In this document: piece by piece, positions 20,234-30,277 of the stretch
How positions within the stretch are numbered: position 1 is the first letter of the stretch
Layout of the letters: each line of letters opens with the position of its first letter
NCBI GenBank assembly: GCA_963674965.2
Contig: CAXXFL010000001.1
Span: 1,408,001 to 1,472,000 of the forward strand
Direction of reading: 5' to 3'
Source of the DNA: a bacterium
Lineage (GTDB): Bacteria; RBG-13-61-14; DATKZS01
Length of the DNA stretch: 64,000 bases
The notes under the pieces: model-generated
What the model was told of the DNA's origin: nothing
The model's database searches: none
Seen by the model: only the letters and a program-made list of their open reading frames with translations
Translations under genes and position numbers: made by a program

Positions 20234-21889
20234 ATGACCGATGGTAAGTATCCGGACTTTTTCGACGGTTGCGTGCGCTCCCATGAGGACGCGTTAAAAT
20301 TAATCGTAAAGAGTCACTCGAGCGTGGCCTCGGGCTTCGCTACCTCCGAGCCTCATTCATTTTACCACGCCCTCTGGGACCACATCGTAAAAGAAGACGT
20401 CGTAGATTTTTCCGTTGCCCAGGGGCTTTACATGGGTCCTCATAAAGTCTGCGTGGGAGACGCCCTCGCCGCCAGGGGAAAACTCAAAGGCTGGGACAAG
20501 AAGCTGTCCTTTTTTCCTCCCCTCGCGTCCGTTGCCAAGTCCATAAATCAGACCACCCAAAAGCTCGACGGGCTGGCTCGGCTCATCGGCCATTACGAGG
20601 AGATGAAGAAAAGAAGGATCAGGATGGTGAGCGGCTTTATGGGAGCGGCCACCAACATGGTAATCCCCGACAATCTCATCACGCGATTCAAGTATCCGGA
20701 CTACGCGGGCAGGAACACCTCGAGGTCCGGAATAACTGACATGCACTCGGTGCATTTTCCCGACGCGGTCTACTCTCTTGGTTTCGACGTTGACAAGGGG
20801 GCCAAAGTTGACGCCTTCGTGACGGTCATGACCCCTCCCGACGAAAAGGGCGACATGAGCCTGGGTCCGGCCAACGGGGCCAACTCGGACTTGATGGACC
20901 GACTTTTAAAGGACGACCGGATGAAGCTCCTGCTTTATCTCAATCCGAAGTATCCCTTTACGCGGGGACACCGGACCGCTCGGAACACCTTTAACGTTAA
21001 AGACTTCAAGGGCCTGGCCGATAGCGGCCGGCTGGTGGTGGTCGAGGACGAGGGCAAGGTCCCATCTTTGCCGGCGGGAAACTTCGACAATCCCAAACCC
21101 TCGGAACTGGCCATCGCCGAAAATCTCGTCAACCACATCGAGATGAACCTGGAGGTAATGAAGGGCCGGGCCATCCAGGTGGGCTTCGGTCAGACGGGAG
21201 TATTGGCCATCAGGAGGCTCAAGGACTCGAGTTGGACGGGTCGGGAATACTCGGAGATGCTCGAGCCTTTCACCTACGCTCTTTTCGAGGCGGGCAAGAT
21301 AGAGGGATCTCATTTTATTGAGGACGACGGAACGCGCACCCGGCTTGACGGAAAACTGGTGGGCACCTTCACTATCTGCGAGGAGGGCAGCGACTTTTAT
21401 AAAAAGATCGACCAAAACGACGACATCATCGTCGCGCCGTCCTCCCGCGTGGTAATCCCCGAGGGCTTCTACGGCGGCCTGGGAATCAACAACATCCTGG
21501 GTATCGACTTCCAGGGCCACGTCAACTCGGGAGGCCGTTATCAGAACCACCACTCGGGCATGGGCGGCGCGGCCATGATCAACCGGGGCCTGGCCAAGGG
21601 AGGCGTGGCTTACCTTTGCCTCAAGTCCACTCACGCCACGGTGGAAGGAAAGCGCCGGTCCTCGATCTTTCCCTTCATGCCCCTGGGGACCCCCGTTTCC
21701 CTGGTGGGTCCGGACGTGTGGGGCGGACGCGACGCCTCCCGCATGTACCTGGTCACGGAGCATGGCGTGGCGCGACTATCCGGCAAGTCCCAGTCCGATT
21801 ACATCAAGTCCATCATCTCGGTGGCCCATCCCGATTTCAGGGACTTTCTCAAAAAGAAGGCCTACAAGCTGTTCCGGGCCGCGATATGA
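20234..21889 (+). CDS. Acetyl-CoA hydrolase / CoA-transferase family protein
   Basis: IQVGFG, YSEM (catalytic Glu region), SGMGG, LVTEHGVA.L.GKS, IAHPDFR-like C-terminus. Confidence 0.82.
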   Translation: MTDGKYPDFFDGCVRSHEDALKLIVKSHSSVASGFATSEPHSFYHALWDHIVKEDVVDFSVAQGLYMGPHKVCVGDALAARGKLKGWDKKLSFFPPLASVAKSINQTTQKLDGLARLIGHYEEMKKRRIRMVSGFMGAATNMVIPDNLITRFKYPDYAGRNTSRSGITDMHSVHFPDAVYSLGFDVDKGAKVDAFVTVMTPPDEKGDMSLGPANGANSDLMDRLLKDDRMKLLLYLNPKYPFTRGHRTARNTFNVKDFKGLADSGRLVVVEDEGKVPSLPAGNFDNPKPSELAIAENLVNHIEMNLEVMKGRAIQVGFGQTGVLAIRRLKDSSWTGREYSEMLEPFTYALFEAGKIEGSHFIEDDGTRTRLDGKLVGTFTICEEGSDFYKKIDQNDDIIVAPSSRVVIPEGFYGGLGINNILGIDFQGHVNSGGRYQNHHSGMGGAAMINRGLAKGGVAYLCLKSTHATVEGKRRSSIFPFMPLGTPVSLVGPDVWGGRDASRMYLVTEHGVARLSGKSQSDYIKSIISVAHPDFRDFLKKKAYKLFRAAI

Positions 21890-21916
21890 TACTCCCCGCC
21901 CCCGGACGGCCCGCTT

Positions 21917-22981
21917 TTATTCCGTCTCTCCAAAGGGCTCGACAAGGACCTTGATCGAGTTGCCGGCGCCGGCCACCAGCATGAACCCTTTGCCCGCCTC
22001 CTCCAGGGGAAGGCAGTGGGTGATCATGTCCGCGACGGGCAAGCGCTTATACTGGATCAGCTCGATGGCCCGTTCAATATCGGTGGGAGCGCAGGCGTAA
22101 GAAGGCATAAGGGTGATGCCGTTACGCCAGAATTCCTGCACCGGAACGGGCAGGTGTACTCCCGGATCGGTGGGCGCGAAGAACATTACCGTTCCTCCCC
22201 GGTCGACCGACTTCAGGGCCTGCTCGAAGGCCGGGTAGGCGCCGGTGCAGATAATTACCAGGTCGGCCGGGCGGCCGCATATCTCGACCAGCCTGGCGGG
22301 CACGTCCTCATCCGCCTTGATCGTGGCCTCGGCCCCGAAACGCCTGGCCGCCTCGAGACGGTAGTCGTTCATGTCGGTGGCGACGATCATGCCCGCGCCC
22401 AACGCCTTGGCCAGGGCCACGTGAAGAAGACCCGACAGGCCGGCGCCCAAGACGAGAACGCTTATGCCGGGCCGAGTCTTCGCCAGCCTCTGGCCCCGAT
22501 ACACGCAGGCCAAGGGCTCGATGAACACGCCTTCCCGGTAGGTCATCGAGTCGGGAATCACGAACGTGCCCCGGTCAACGTTGATCTCGGGCACGCGAAG
22601 ATACTCGGCGAAGCCCCCCGGAAAAAAGTTGGTGGTATGAAGGGTCTCGCAAACCGTGTGGTGGCCGTTGACGCAGTAGTGGCAGGAGTTGCAGGGAACG
22701 TGATGGGACACGAACACGCGCTGGCCCACTTGATACTTATCCACCTTCGCGCCCGCGGCGACTATCTCCCCGGCGATCTCGTGGCCCAGCACCAGGGGAG
22801 CGCGTTTTATCCTGTACCATTCCATCACGTCGGAGCCGCAGATGCCGCTGGCCATGACCTTGACCAGCATCTCGTGCGGTCCGATCTCCGGCACGGGCAT
22901 GGTCTCGGTCCGCACGTCGGCGTTCCTGTAGTACATGGCCACTCGCATGTCCGATCCTGGCGCGGGAGCGGGACTGGTCAT
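21917..22981 (-). CDS. Zinc-dependent (polyol/sorbitol-type) dehydrogenase
   Basis: GICGSD, GHE, structural Zn CNSCHYC...C, GAGLSG. Confidence 0.9.
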   Translation of the reverse strand: MTSPAPAPGSDMRVAMYYRNADVRTETMPVPEIGPHEMLVKVMASGICGSDVMEWYRIKRAPLVLGHEIAGEIVAAGAKVDKYQVGQRVFVSHHVPCNSCHYCVNGHHTVCETLHTTNFFPGGFAEYLRVPEINVDRGTFVIPDSMTYREGVFIEPLACVYRGQRLAKTRPGISVLVLGAGLSGLLHVALAKALGAGMIVATDMNDYRLEAARRFGAEATIKADEDVPARLVEICGRPADLVIICTGAYPAFEQALKSVDRGGTVMFFAPTDPGVHLPVPVQEFWRNGITLMPSYACAPTDIERAIELIQYKRLPVADMITHCLPLEEAGKGFMLVAGAGNSIKVLVEPFGETE

Positions 22982-23044
22982 AATAGTCTCTCCTATGATG
23001 GTTGTCTACCCAACCTTTTAAATTAGCTGAATTATTTTACAAAC

Positions 23045-24061
23045 TCAGCCTTTCGCTATTACTCCGTTCGGGAAGTCCTCCCAAATCAAGTTTTCCTGTA
23101 AAGTGATGTAAATGATCTTCAAAAATTTGCGAGCCAGCGCGATGATGGCCTTGCCCGCGCCGCGCCTGGCCTTGATACGCTCGTAGAAGCTCGACAAATA
23201 AGGGCTGTAACGCTTGGCGATGAGGGCGCATTGGACCAGGGTAGTGCGGCCGAGTTTGTTGCCCCGCTTCGTGATCCGGCCCGAGCGGCTGGTCTCGTTC
23301 GAGTTGCTAACCCGGGGGACGATGCCGAAGTAGGAGGCCAGCTTGCCCTCGTCGGGGAAGTCCTTGACGTCAACGATCACCGACAAAAGTATGGCCGAGC
23401 CAAGGTCCCCGATACCCTTTATGCTCTTCAAATTCTTGTGACCGGGAAGCTGATTGCCCGAGTCCTTGATGGCGGCCTCAAGCTCCTTGACCCCGGCGTT
23501 CAAGCCCCGAATCTGCTCCACCAGGACGCGGACCTCGGTCTTGACCATGGGGTCGAAAGGTATCTCCTGCACCGTCTCAAGGCCCTTCTCGCTGGAAAGA
23601 TATTCCTTCTTCAGGTTGATGCCGTGGGCCGAGCAGATGTTGTTGATCTTGTTCTTCAAGGCCGTGCGAAGCTTCACCAGCTTGTCCCGGCTTTGAGTGA
23701 GGCTTTTAACCTGAGCGTGTTCCTTGTTCGGCATCCTCACCTCCGGCAAAAGGCCCTTGGACAAAAACAGGGCAAGGCGTCTGGCGTCGTTGCCGTCCGT
23801 TTTGTTGACCGACTCGCTGATGACCTTGAACTGGCGAGGGTTGACAACCACGACGCGGGAAACGAGGCCGCGAACGGCGTCGTAAAAAAGGCGGACGTTG
23901 CCCGTGACCTCAACCGCGATCTCGTCGGACTCGCGAAGCGTCGAGCAAAACTTCTCCAAATCCTCGAGACGCCAGTCCTTGAGATAGTTCCGTCCGTTCT
24001 CGGCCAGGACGCAAGAGGTGAAACAATTCCTGTGCAGATCGATTCCAATGTACCTTCCCAT
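23045..24061 (-). CDS. IS110 family DEDD transposase/recombinase
   Basis: YIGIDLH, AVEVTG, KTDGND (DEDD); SIKGIG; LASYFGIVP..SNS catalytic-Ser region; ITKRGN..LGR; AIIALARK. Confidence 0.95.
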   Translation of the reverse strand: MGRYIGIDLHRNCFTSCVLAENGRNYLKDWRLEDLEKFCSTLRESDEIAVEVTGNVRLFYDAVRGLVSRVVVVNPRQFKVISESVNKTDGNDARRLALFLSKGLLPEVRMPNKEHAQVKSLTQSRDKLVKLRTALKNKINNICSAHGINLKKEYLSSEKGLETVQEIPFDPMVKTEVRVLVEQIRGLNAGVKELEAAIKDSGNQLPGHKNLKSIKGIGDLGSAILLSVIVDVKDFPDEGKLASYFGIVPRVSNSNETSRSGRITKRGNKLGRTTLVQCALIAKRYSPYLSSFYERIKARRGAGKAIIALARKFLKIIYITLQENLIWEDFPNGVIAKG

Positions 24062-24089
24062 TTCCTTACTCCTCCCTAGAAATAAATTT

Positions 24090-24250
24090 GATCTAAGGTC
24101 GGAGTAGACACGCTTTGAGGGGCCGCCAAACTCCTATACAAGGTCTAGCCTTACGGTGGCGCTCCAGTCGCGGGGCTGACTAATCTCCTTTACGAGGTCA
24201 TAAGCCTCACGAAAACGATCCAGCCCACGACCCGCCTACTCCAATAGATC
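24090..24250 (-). ncRNA. Putative IS110 bridge RNA
   Basis: Outer stem GATCTA/TAGATC and GGAGTAG/CTACTCC enclosing two stem-internal-loop-hairpin modules whose loops match the element's target and donor junctions. Confidence 0.65.
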
Positions 24251-24321
24251 ATTCCTAACCTAGTTGAAGTATTTACCACCTCAAAACTCTTCATTCATAC
24301 CATCTCCTTTTTATGCATAAT

Positions 24322-24345
24322 AAGGGGCGCCATCCCGCGCCCCTT
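24322..24345. other. Perfect 9-bp hairpin after lsrF
   Basis: AAGGGGCGC-CATCCC-GCGCCCCTT; no clear U-tract, so terminator function is uncertain. Confidence 0.5.
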
Positions 24346-24355
24346 GTCCGGTAGG

Positions 24356-25174
24356 TTATTTCGCCTTCTTTTCCTTCTTTTTATCGTTCTTGGCTTTAAG
24401 GTCCTTGAACATCTCGAGGGCCTCCTTTGGCGGCGTGTTCTTGTGCACCACCGAGCGGACGGCCTGGATCATGGCCACCGGGTCGGTCGATTGGAAAATG
24501 TTGCGTCCCATGTCGACTCCCACCGCGCCCTGCTGCACCGCGCTGTAGGCCATCTCGAGGGCTTCCTTTTCAGGTATCTTTTTGCCGCCCGCGATCACGA
24601 TGGGCACGGGGCAGGTATTGACCACCTTCTCGAACTCCTCGCAGTGATAGGTCTTGACGATGTGCGCGCCCAGCTCGGCCGCGATGCGGGAGGCCAGGGC
24701 AAGGTAGCGGGCGTCGCGGCCCATCTGTTTTCCCACCGCGGTCACGGCCACCACGGGTATGCCGTTTTCCTCGGCCTCGTTGATCAGGTTGGAAAGGCCA
24801 AGGAGGGTCTGCTTCTCGTTCTCAGCGCCCACGAAGATGCTAAGCGCCACGCCCGAGACGTTAAGCCGGATGGCCTCGCGCATGCTGGTGGTGATGCCCT
24901 CGTCGCTAAGCTCGCCCAGGACGCTCGAGCCCCCCGAGACCCTGAGCACGATGGGTATGTTGGTCTTGGCGTCCACCGAGGTTCGCAGCATGCCCCGGTT
25001 GAGCATGAGAGTGTCGGCGTAGGGCAAAAGCGGCTTGATGTTCTCTCCCAGCTTTTCGAGCCCGGTCGTCGGGCCAAGGAAGTAGCCGTGGTCGACGGCC
25101 AGCATTACGGTACGGTTAGTCTTCGGATTAATAATACTGTACAGACGGTTTTCCAGTCCCCAATCCATCTCCAC
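24356..25174 (-). CDS. lsrF: LsrF-like class I aldolase/thiolase
   Basis: [39 protein letters not shown] Schiff-base Lys, [16 protein letters not shown]. Confidence 0.88.
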   Translation of the reverse strand: MEMDWGLENRLYSIINPKTNRTVMLAVDHGYFLGPTTGLEKLGENIKPLLPYADTLMLNRGMLRTSVDAKTNIPIVLRVSGGSSVLGELSDEGITTSMREAIRLNVSGVALSIFVGAENEKQTLLGLSNLINEAEENGIPVVAVTAVGKQMGRDARYLALASRIAAELGAHIVKTYHCEEFEKVVNTCPVPIVIAGGKKIPEKEALEMAYSAVQQGAVGVDMGRNIFQSTDPVAMIQAVRSVVHKNTPPKEALEMFKDLKAKNDKKKEKKAK

Positions 25175-25195
25175 TCCTCCTGTTTTTTCCCCGGA

Positions 25196-25423
25196 TTAAT
25201 CTTTGGGTCGGACGATAAGATAGCCTTTTTCGATCAGCCAGTAATGAAAATCGTGAGTCGTGAAACGACAGTCGTCCTTGCAGATTTTGCGGACGTCTTC
25301 GTAGGAGTCCGAGCCGGGCTCCTCTTTATCCAGGTCCAACTGGACCGGGCATTTAACGTCCTTGCAAAACTCGCGGCGCTGATAGTCGACGTAACCGCTG
25401 ATCGACCCAGGTTTCTGTGTCAT
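25196..25423 (-). CDS. Small Cys-containing hypothetical protein
   Basis: 75 aa, CxxxxC...CxxxC...H; co-oriented with lsrF, purine-rich RBS. Confidence 0.65.
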   Translation of the reverse strand: MTQKPGSISGYVDYQRREFCKDVKCPVQLDLDKEEPGSDSYEDVRKICKDDCRFTTHDFHYWLIEKGYLIVRPKD

Positions 25424-25710
25424 ACCCCTTTTCCCCCAATGAAAGTCGAGTTCAGCCTATGTTATTCGCCGCCGTTTGTCAAGCGTTAAACGCGCGGCGG
25501 AAAATTCGAGAAAGACGGCGAAATCGCCGTTTGAACGGCCGTTACAATTTCCGCCCCTAACCCTCGAAAACTTACCGGCTTTTTCCAAAATAACCAACCT
25601 TTCATTTTCCGCTGGCCAAGAAAAACATATTTGATATACTTACGCTATCGCGGTCTTTGAATTGTCCTTTACTACCAGGCCGCGAAAATCCAAGCCAGAG
25701 GAGGCGATAA

Positions 25711-26844
25711 ATGAAGATCGTAGAAATCGAGGCGTGGCTTTGCCATCATCCGTTGCCGGCCACATTCAATCCCACCTGGATACCCGGTTACCCCCAGACC
25801 CGCAATTCCTGCCTGATCCTGATTTTCAAAACCGACGAGGGCATCGAGGGATACAGCGCCGGCGTGGGCTTTCTGGATGAGGCCAAAGGCCTTGCGTCCC
25901 TGATCCGTCCCTTTATGATGAACCGCGACCCCTTTCAGGTGGAGGACTTCATCCGCGTTTTAAGGAGCGCGTCCTCGATCGGCTACCGGGGCTTCTTCGC
26001 GGAGATAGCCCTGTGGGACATAATCGGCAAGGCGGCCGGCCTGCCCATTTACAAGATGTGGGGCGGCGTTCGCGACCGCATCCCCGCCTACTGCAGCACG
26101 GGCGAGCTTCACGACCCGGAGAGGCGAGTCGAGGAAGTACTGAAGATCAAGGAGATGGGCTTCAAGGCGGTCAAGCTTCGGGTCAAGTCGGACAATATCA
26201 ACGACGACGTCGAGATAGTCGAGGCGGTCAGAGACGCGGTGGGCGACGAGATGGACATAATGGTAGACGCCAACCAGGGATGGCCCATACACGGTTTCGG
26301 GTCTTACCCGGTCTGGACGGTGAAGCGAGCGATCGACACGGCCCACGCCTACGAGGGCCTTCTCGTGCGCTGGCTCGAGGAGCCCCTTTACCGTTTTGAT
26401 TACGAGGGCTACTCGAGGCTTAGGGAGGCCACCACCGTGCCCATCGCGGGCGGGGAGTTCAACGTTGACCTGCACGAGTTCCGCGACATTATCGACCGGG
26501 GATGCCTGGACATCCTGCAGCCGGACGCGACCATATCCACCGGTCTTTGGAACTGCCGCAAGGTGGCGGCCATGGCCGAGGCCAACAACCTCGAGTTCTC
26601 GCCCCATACCTGGACCAACGGCCTGGGCTTCGCGGCCAACCTCCAGGTCATGGCCTCGGTGAGCAATTGCCCCTATTGCGAGTTCCCCTACGAGCCGCCG
26701 GGATGGGTCCCCTCGGCCAGGGACTTCATGCTCACCGAAACCATAGATATTGACGAGGAAGGCTTCATCAAAGTGCCGGACAAGCCCGGACTGGGAGTCG
26801 AGCTGGACATGGAAAAAATCAAGGCCTGCGGAGAGTTGGTTTAA
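25711..26844 (+). CDS. Mandelate racemase/muconate lactonizing enzyme (enolase superfamily)
   Basis: ALWDIIGK, KAVKLR, MVDANQG, WLEEP, AGGE, QPD, SPH, PGLG. Confidence 0.92.
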   Translation: MKIVEIEAWLCHHPLPATFNPTWIPGYPQTRNSCLILIFKTDEGIEGYSAGVGFLDEAKGLASLIRPFMMNRDPFQVEDFIRVLRSASSIGYRGFFAEIALWDIIGKAAGLPIYKMWGGVRDRIPAYCSTGELHDPERRVEEVLKIKEMGFKAVKLRVKSDNINDDVEIVEAVRDAVGDEMDIMVDANQGWPIHGFGSYPVWTVKRAIDTAHAYEGLLVRWLEEPLYRFDYEGYSRLREATTVPIAGGEFNVDLHEFRDIIDRGCLDILQPDATISTGLWNCRKVAAMAEANNLEFSPHTWTNGLGFAANLQVMASVSNCPYCEFPYEPPGWVPSARDFMLTETIDIDEEGFIKVPDKPGLGVELDMEKIKACGELV

Positions 26845-26930
26845 GATAATAACCAATATGGGCAGCGGGAGCGGGAGACTCATCGGAAGTTCCTCGCTCC
26901 CTCGCTTTAAGATAAGGAATCGAAGGACCG

Positions 26931-27794
26931 GTGTCTGACAGGACTCGTAAAATCATCGTCTTCTTTTTGTTTGGAGCGGGGTTATTTCCGCTTGTACTCA
27001 ATCTTCTCGGCTTGTTTATCCCACCCCGTTCCGAAGATTTGTACCATGAGAAGACAAACCTGTTTAAAAATGACCTTACCCTGCGAGCCGATGATTTTTT
27101 TTCCGGGATGGAACGCCGCGCGGGCGAGAGCGAAAAGGATTACGCGAGGCGAATGACGCTTCTGGTCAATCAAGGCATTGCCCATCAGTGGGAGAAATCC
27201 AACGCTTTCAAATACAGGATGACGGTCCCGCCATGGGAGAACTATTTCCTCTTTGCCAAAAGTATCATCAGTCCTAAAAGATACAAGCGTTACGAGTACG
27301 CGGATTATAAAAAGGCGGCCGAGCGAGGCGTGGGGCTTTGTTCCCAGCACGTGGTCGTGCTCGAGTCGGTCCTCGCTCGGGAAGGCATGGAGGCCAACGT
27401 GGTGGTGCTGGGAGGTCACGTGGTGGCCAGGGTGGAAGCCGACGGGGCCTGGATTATGGCCGACCCGGATTACGGCGTGATCGTGCCCGAAGATATTACC
27501 GAGATCGAGAAGGACCCCAAGCTTGTCCTCCCATATTATCGGGGGATCGAAAAACAATACGCCGACCCTTCCCGCAAGGGCGCCTTGACCGCCGAAGACA
27601 TGGTCCGTATCTATGGCCACGAGGGTAATTTCGTGCTGCGCGGCGCCGAGGATTACCTCGGTACCGAGGCCGTTTACTTCGAGCGCTATTCCTATATCGC
27701 CAAGTGGGCGCTTCCCGTTCTTCTCGTCCTGCCTTTCATCTCCTGGCTTTGGAAGCGAGCTTGCACAAGGGAGGACATGCCCGGCGGGGAATAG
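26931..27794 (+). CDS. Membrane protein with transglutaminase-like Cys-His-Asp domain
   Basis: N- and C-terminal TMs; GLCSQ, GHVVA, WIMADPDYG. Confidence 0.6.
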   Translation: MSDRTRKIIVFFLFGAGLFPLVLNLLGLFIPPRSEDLYHEKTNLFKNDLTLRADDFFSGMERRAGESEKDYARRMTLLVNQGIAHQWEKSNAFKYRMTVPPWENYFLFAKSIISPKRYKRYEYADYKKAAERGVGLCSQHVVVLESVLAREGMEANVVVLGGHVVARVEADGAWIMADPDYGVIVPEDITEIEKDPKLVLPYYRGIEKQYADPSRKGALTAEDMVRIYGHEGNFVLRGAEDYLGTEAVYFERYSYIAKWALPVLLVLPFISWLWKRACTREDMPGGE

Positions 27795-28002
27795 ACTCCG
27801 GGGTAATCCGCAATGGAAACGCTTTCGGCCTCTGGGTCAGTACCGCGAACCCATAAGCCACGCGGCGTTAGCCGTTGGATTGAAAATGTGCAAGCGGGGA
27901 AGTCTTTTATCTTCTGTCCCGCGCCTTTCGTTGGATAACTATTGCATTTGACTCAAGGAGACTCTATTCTTTTCGTGGATTTTTAACCATGGAGGTAAGG
28001 TC

Positions 28003-28470
28003 ATGGATGTTCGGATCGTCGAGGTACCGACTCTAAAAGTGCTTGGCGCGGCGGGGAGGGGCAAGTACCAGATCATCCCCGAGCTTTTGGGGCGGGTTTT
28101 CCACTACGCCATGTCAAGGGGCGTCCAGTTTGGCGGACCGCCGCTTTTCGTCTGCCACGAAAAGTCGGTCGAGGAAGTGATGAAGGCCAACGAGGAGGGT
28201 ACGGCCGAGGTGGAAGTCGCCATACCGGTGGTGGGGGACGTGGAGGGAAGCGCCGACGTCAAGGCCTACGAGCTGCCCGGAGGCAAGATGGCCAGAATCG
28301 TCCATAAAGGCCCCTACGATAAGATCGAGCCCACCTATAACGAGCTTTGGGACTGGCTTGGCAAGAACGGCAAGAAGCTTAACGGCAACGTACGGGAAGT
28401 CTATCTTAACGACCCGAACACGACCCCGCCCGAGGAGCTTCTGACCGAGATATACGCGCCCATCGAGTGA
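28003..28470 (+). CDS. GyrI-like small-molecule binding protein
   Basis: HKGPYD.I...Y..L..W, REVYLNDP....PEELLTEIY.P; GGAGG RBS. Confidence 0.88.
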   Translation: MDVRIVEVPTLKVLGAAGRGKYQIIPELLGRVFHYAMSRGVQFGGPPLFVCHEKSVEEVMKANEEGTAEVEVAIPVVGDVEGSADVKAYELPGGKMARIVHKGPYDKIEPTYNELWDWLGKNGKKLNGNVREVYLNDPNTTPPEELLTEIYAPIE

Positions 28471-28644
28471 AGGTGAATCCGTCCAGCGATTGATTATTGG
28501 TGGTCCGGATAGCCTGCCCTCTGGACGCCGCCGAGCGACGGGAGGGCGTTTTGCCGTAAAATTTCGGTTCGGCGGCATTATTCCAAGACAACATCGTTAT
28601 CCAGGGCTATTTAGTAAAAGGCCCTTGACATTGGGGAGAGCGGT

Positions 28645-29511
28645 ATGGATCAAAACTCGATGAAAATGACCCCGAGCGAAATGGCGGCGGAGGCGGACAA
28701 TTATATCCTGGGCCAGACCGCTGACAAGTTGGCGGTGGGCGTCTTCGCCTGCGCCGTTTTCATCGTTTCGGTGACGCTTTCGGCCATGGAGGCGCGCGGT
28801 CCCGGCGCGGTCATCGGCCCGGCCCTCTGGAGCGCGGCGTATCTGATCATAGCCGCGCGAGTGGCGTTGCGCCCGCGCAAGGAATTGCTCGATTACGTCT
28901 TTATCTTGGTTTGCGTCTCCTCGCTCCCGATCTATTACGTCCGCGCCATCGTGATCTGGTACGCGCCTCACGAGTGGTCTATCATTGGCTTCATCGTCGG
29001 CGAGACCGTAGCCGCGGCTTTTGCCATCGCCTATTTCGCCTGGAGCTTCCGCCTGTCCTATCCCCCGGCGACTAAAACCGACGACGGAATTCTGATCCTC
29101 ATCGTTATCCTGATGAGCGCCGTGCTGGGCCTGGTTTTCTTTTGCCAACTGGCTGCGGCTTTGGCCAATAATCTCGACCTTATCAAAAACCTGCCGCCGA
29201 GACTGGTTTACACCCCATACGGCGCCATGTTTTATCTTAACTCTCTCATCATTATCTCGGGAGCGATAATGAAAACCATTAAAACCCAGCGCCTGGAGGA
29301 CGCGGCCCAAATTCTAACCCAGTTCCTTTCGATCGTCTCCATTCTCCTTTACAAAATCCCCACCTTCTGGTTTGGCCCTCTGATTCATGGACAATGGGGT
29401 TACGTGGCGCTCCACGCGCTCCCGAAAGAAATTTTGCCGCTGGCTTTCGCGGTGGCCTTTTTCGCCGCGCCAATTCCATCCGCTCCTGAAGGAAACCGGG
29501 GCCTGGGGTAA
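28645..29511 (+). CDS. Hypothetical polytopic membrane protein
   Basis: About 8 hydrophobic segments; GGAG RBS. Confidence 0.6.
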   Translation: MDQNSMKMTPSEMAAEADNYILGQTADKLAVGVFACAVFIVSVTLSAMEARGPGAVIGPALWSAAYLIIAARVALRPRKELLDYVFILVCVSSLPIYYVRAIVIWYAPHEWSIIGFIVGETVAAAFAIAYFAWSFRLSYPPATKTDDGILILIVILMSAVLGLVFFCQLAAALANNLDLIKNLPPRLVYTPYGAMFYLNSLIIISGAIMKTIKTQRLEDAAQILTQFLSIVSILLYKIPTFWFGPLIHGQWGYVALHALPKEILPLAFAVAFFAAPIPSAPEGNRGLG

Positions 29512-29640
29512 CCATGACGGCCTATCAGGGCGCCGACCGGCTCTGGTAGTTAAGGCGGGAGGCTTACAAACGCGTACGTTTTCAATCACGCGGCTCACGC
29601 CGCGCCGAACATCGTCTATCGCCGTCACTCACGGCGAGAT

Positions 29641-29666
29641 AAAAGAAGGCCCTCGGGGAGGGCCTT
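29641..29666 (-). terminator. Intrinsic terminator after ferredoxin
   Basis: AAGGCCCTC-GGG-GAGGGCCTT hairpin followed by a T-run on the minus strand. Confidence 0.65.
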
Positions 29667-29690
29667 GAAAGGGATGTAGATTTATTTTCA

Positions 29691-29864
29691 CTAGGCCGGG
29701 GCTATGCACTCCTGTGGGCATATCTCGGCGCAGGACCCGCAATCCGAGCAAAGGTCCGGGTCGATAACGTAGCAGTCCTTTCCTTCCTGTATGGCTTCCT
29801 CCGGGCACTCGGTGGCGCAGGCGCCGCAAAGGATACACTCGTCGCAGTTTATCTTGTGAGCCAT
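29691..29864 (-). CDS. 2x[4Fe-4S] ferredoxin (57 aa, absent from ORF track)
   Basis: Translated by hand: MAHKINCDECILCGACATECPEEAIQEGKDCYVIDPDLCSDCGSCAEICPQECIAPA; GGAGG RBS. Confidence 0.93.
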   Translation of the reverse strand: MAHKINCDECILCGACATECPEEAIQEGKDCYVIDPDLCSDCGSCAEICPQECIAPA

Positions 29865-29898
29865 AAATACCTCCAGCTCGAGTAAACCGCTCGCCGAG

Positions 29899-30144
29899 TC
29901 AGGTGGCGCAGGAACCGCCGGTCGGAAGGGCCACCACCTCGGTCACCTGGGGAAGCTTTTCCTTGAGCACCCGCTCGACGCCCAGCTTGAGGGTCATTTG
30001 AGCGCCCGGGCAGCCGGCGCAGGCGCCCTGCAGTCTTACCAGCACCTGTCCGTTTTCCTTTACGTCCACCAGTTCTATATCCCCTCCGTCCCTTTGGAGC
30101 ATGGGCCGGATTTCATTTATTACTTCCTGTACCTGTTCTTTCAT
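29899..30144 (-). CDS. NifU C-terminal (Nfu-type) Fe-S carrier
   Basis: [31 protein letters not shown]. Confidence 0.92.
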   Translation of the reverse strand: MKEQVQEVINEIRPMLQRDGGDIELVDVKENGQVLVRLQGACAGCPGAQMTLKLGVERVLKEKLPQVTEVVALPTGGSCAT

Positions 30145-30277
30145 TTCATTCTCCTTTCAAAACGAGTCGGCCTTTCCGCTCGGGCCGCGCTATTATTTAC
30201 TACTATTATGATCGCCTGACTCGGTTTAGGTTACAACCAAACCCCAAGAAAAAGCAAACCGCCAAAATGCAAAAGCG

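Larger units (their letters stand above)
22995..24308 (-). mobile_element. IS110-family insertion sequence (~1.31 kb)
   Basis: Transposase plus 5' non-coding region, bounded by direct repeat TCTCCT (22989-22994 and 24303-24308) and short subterminal IR GATGGT (22997-23002) / ACCATC (24299-24304). Confidence 0.8.
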
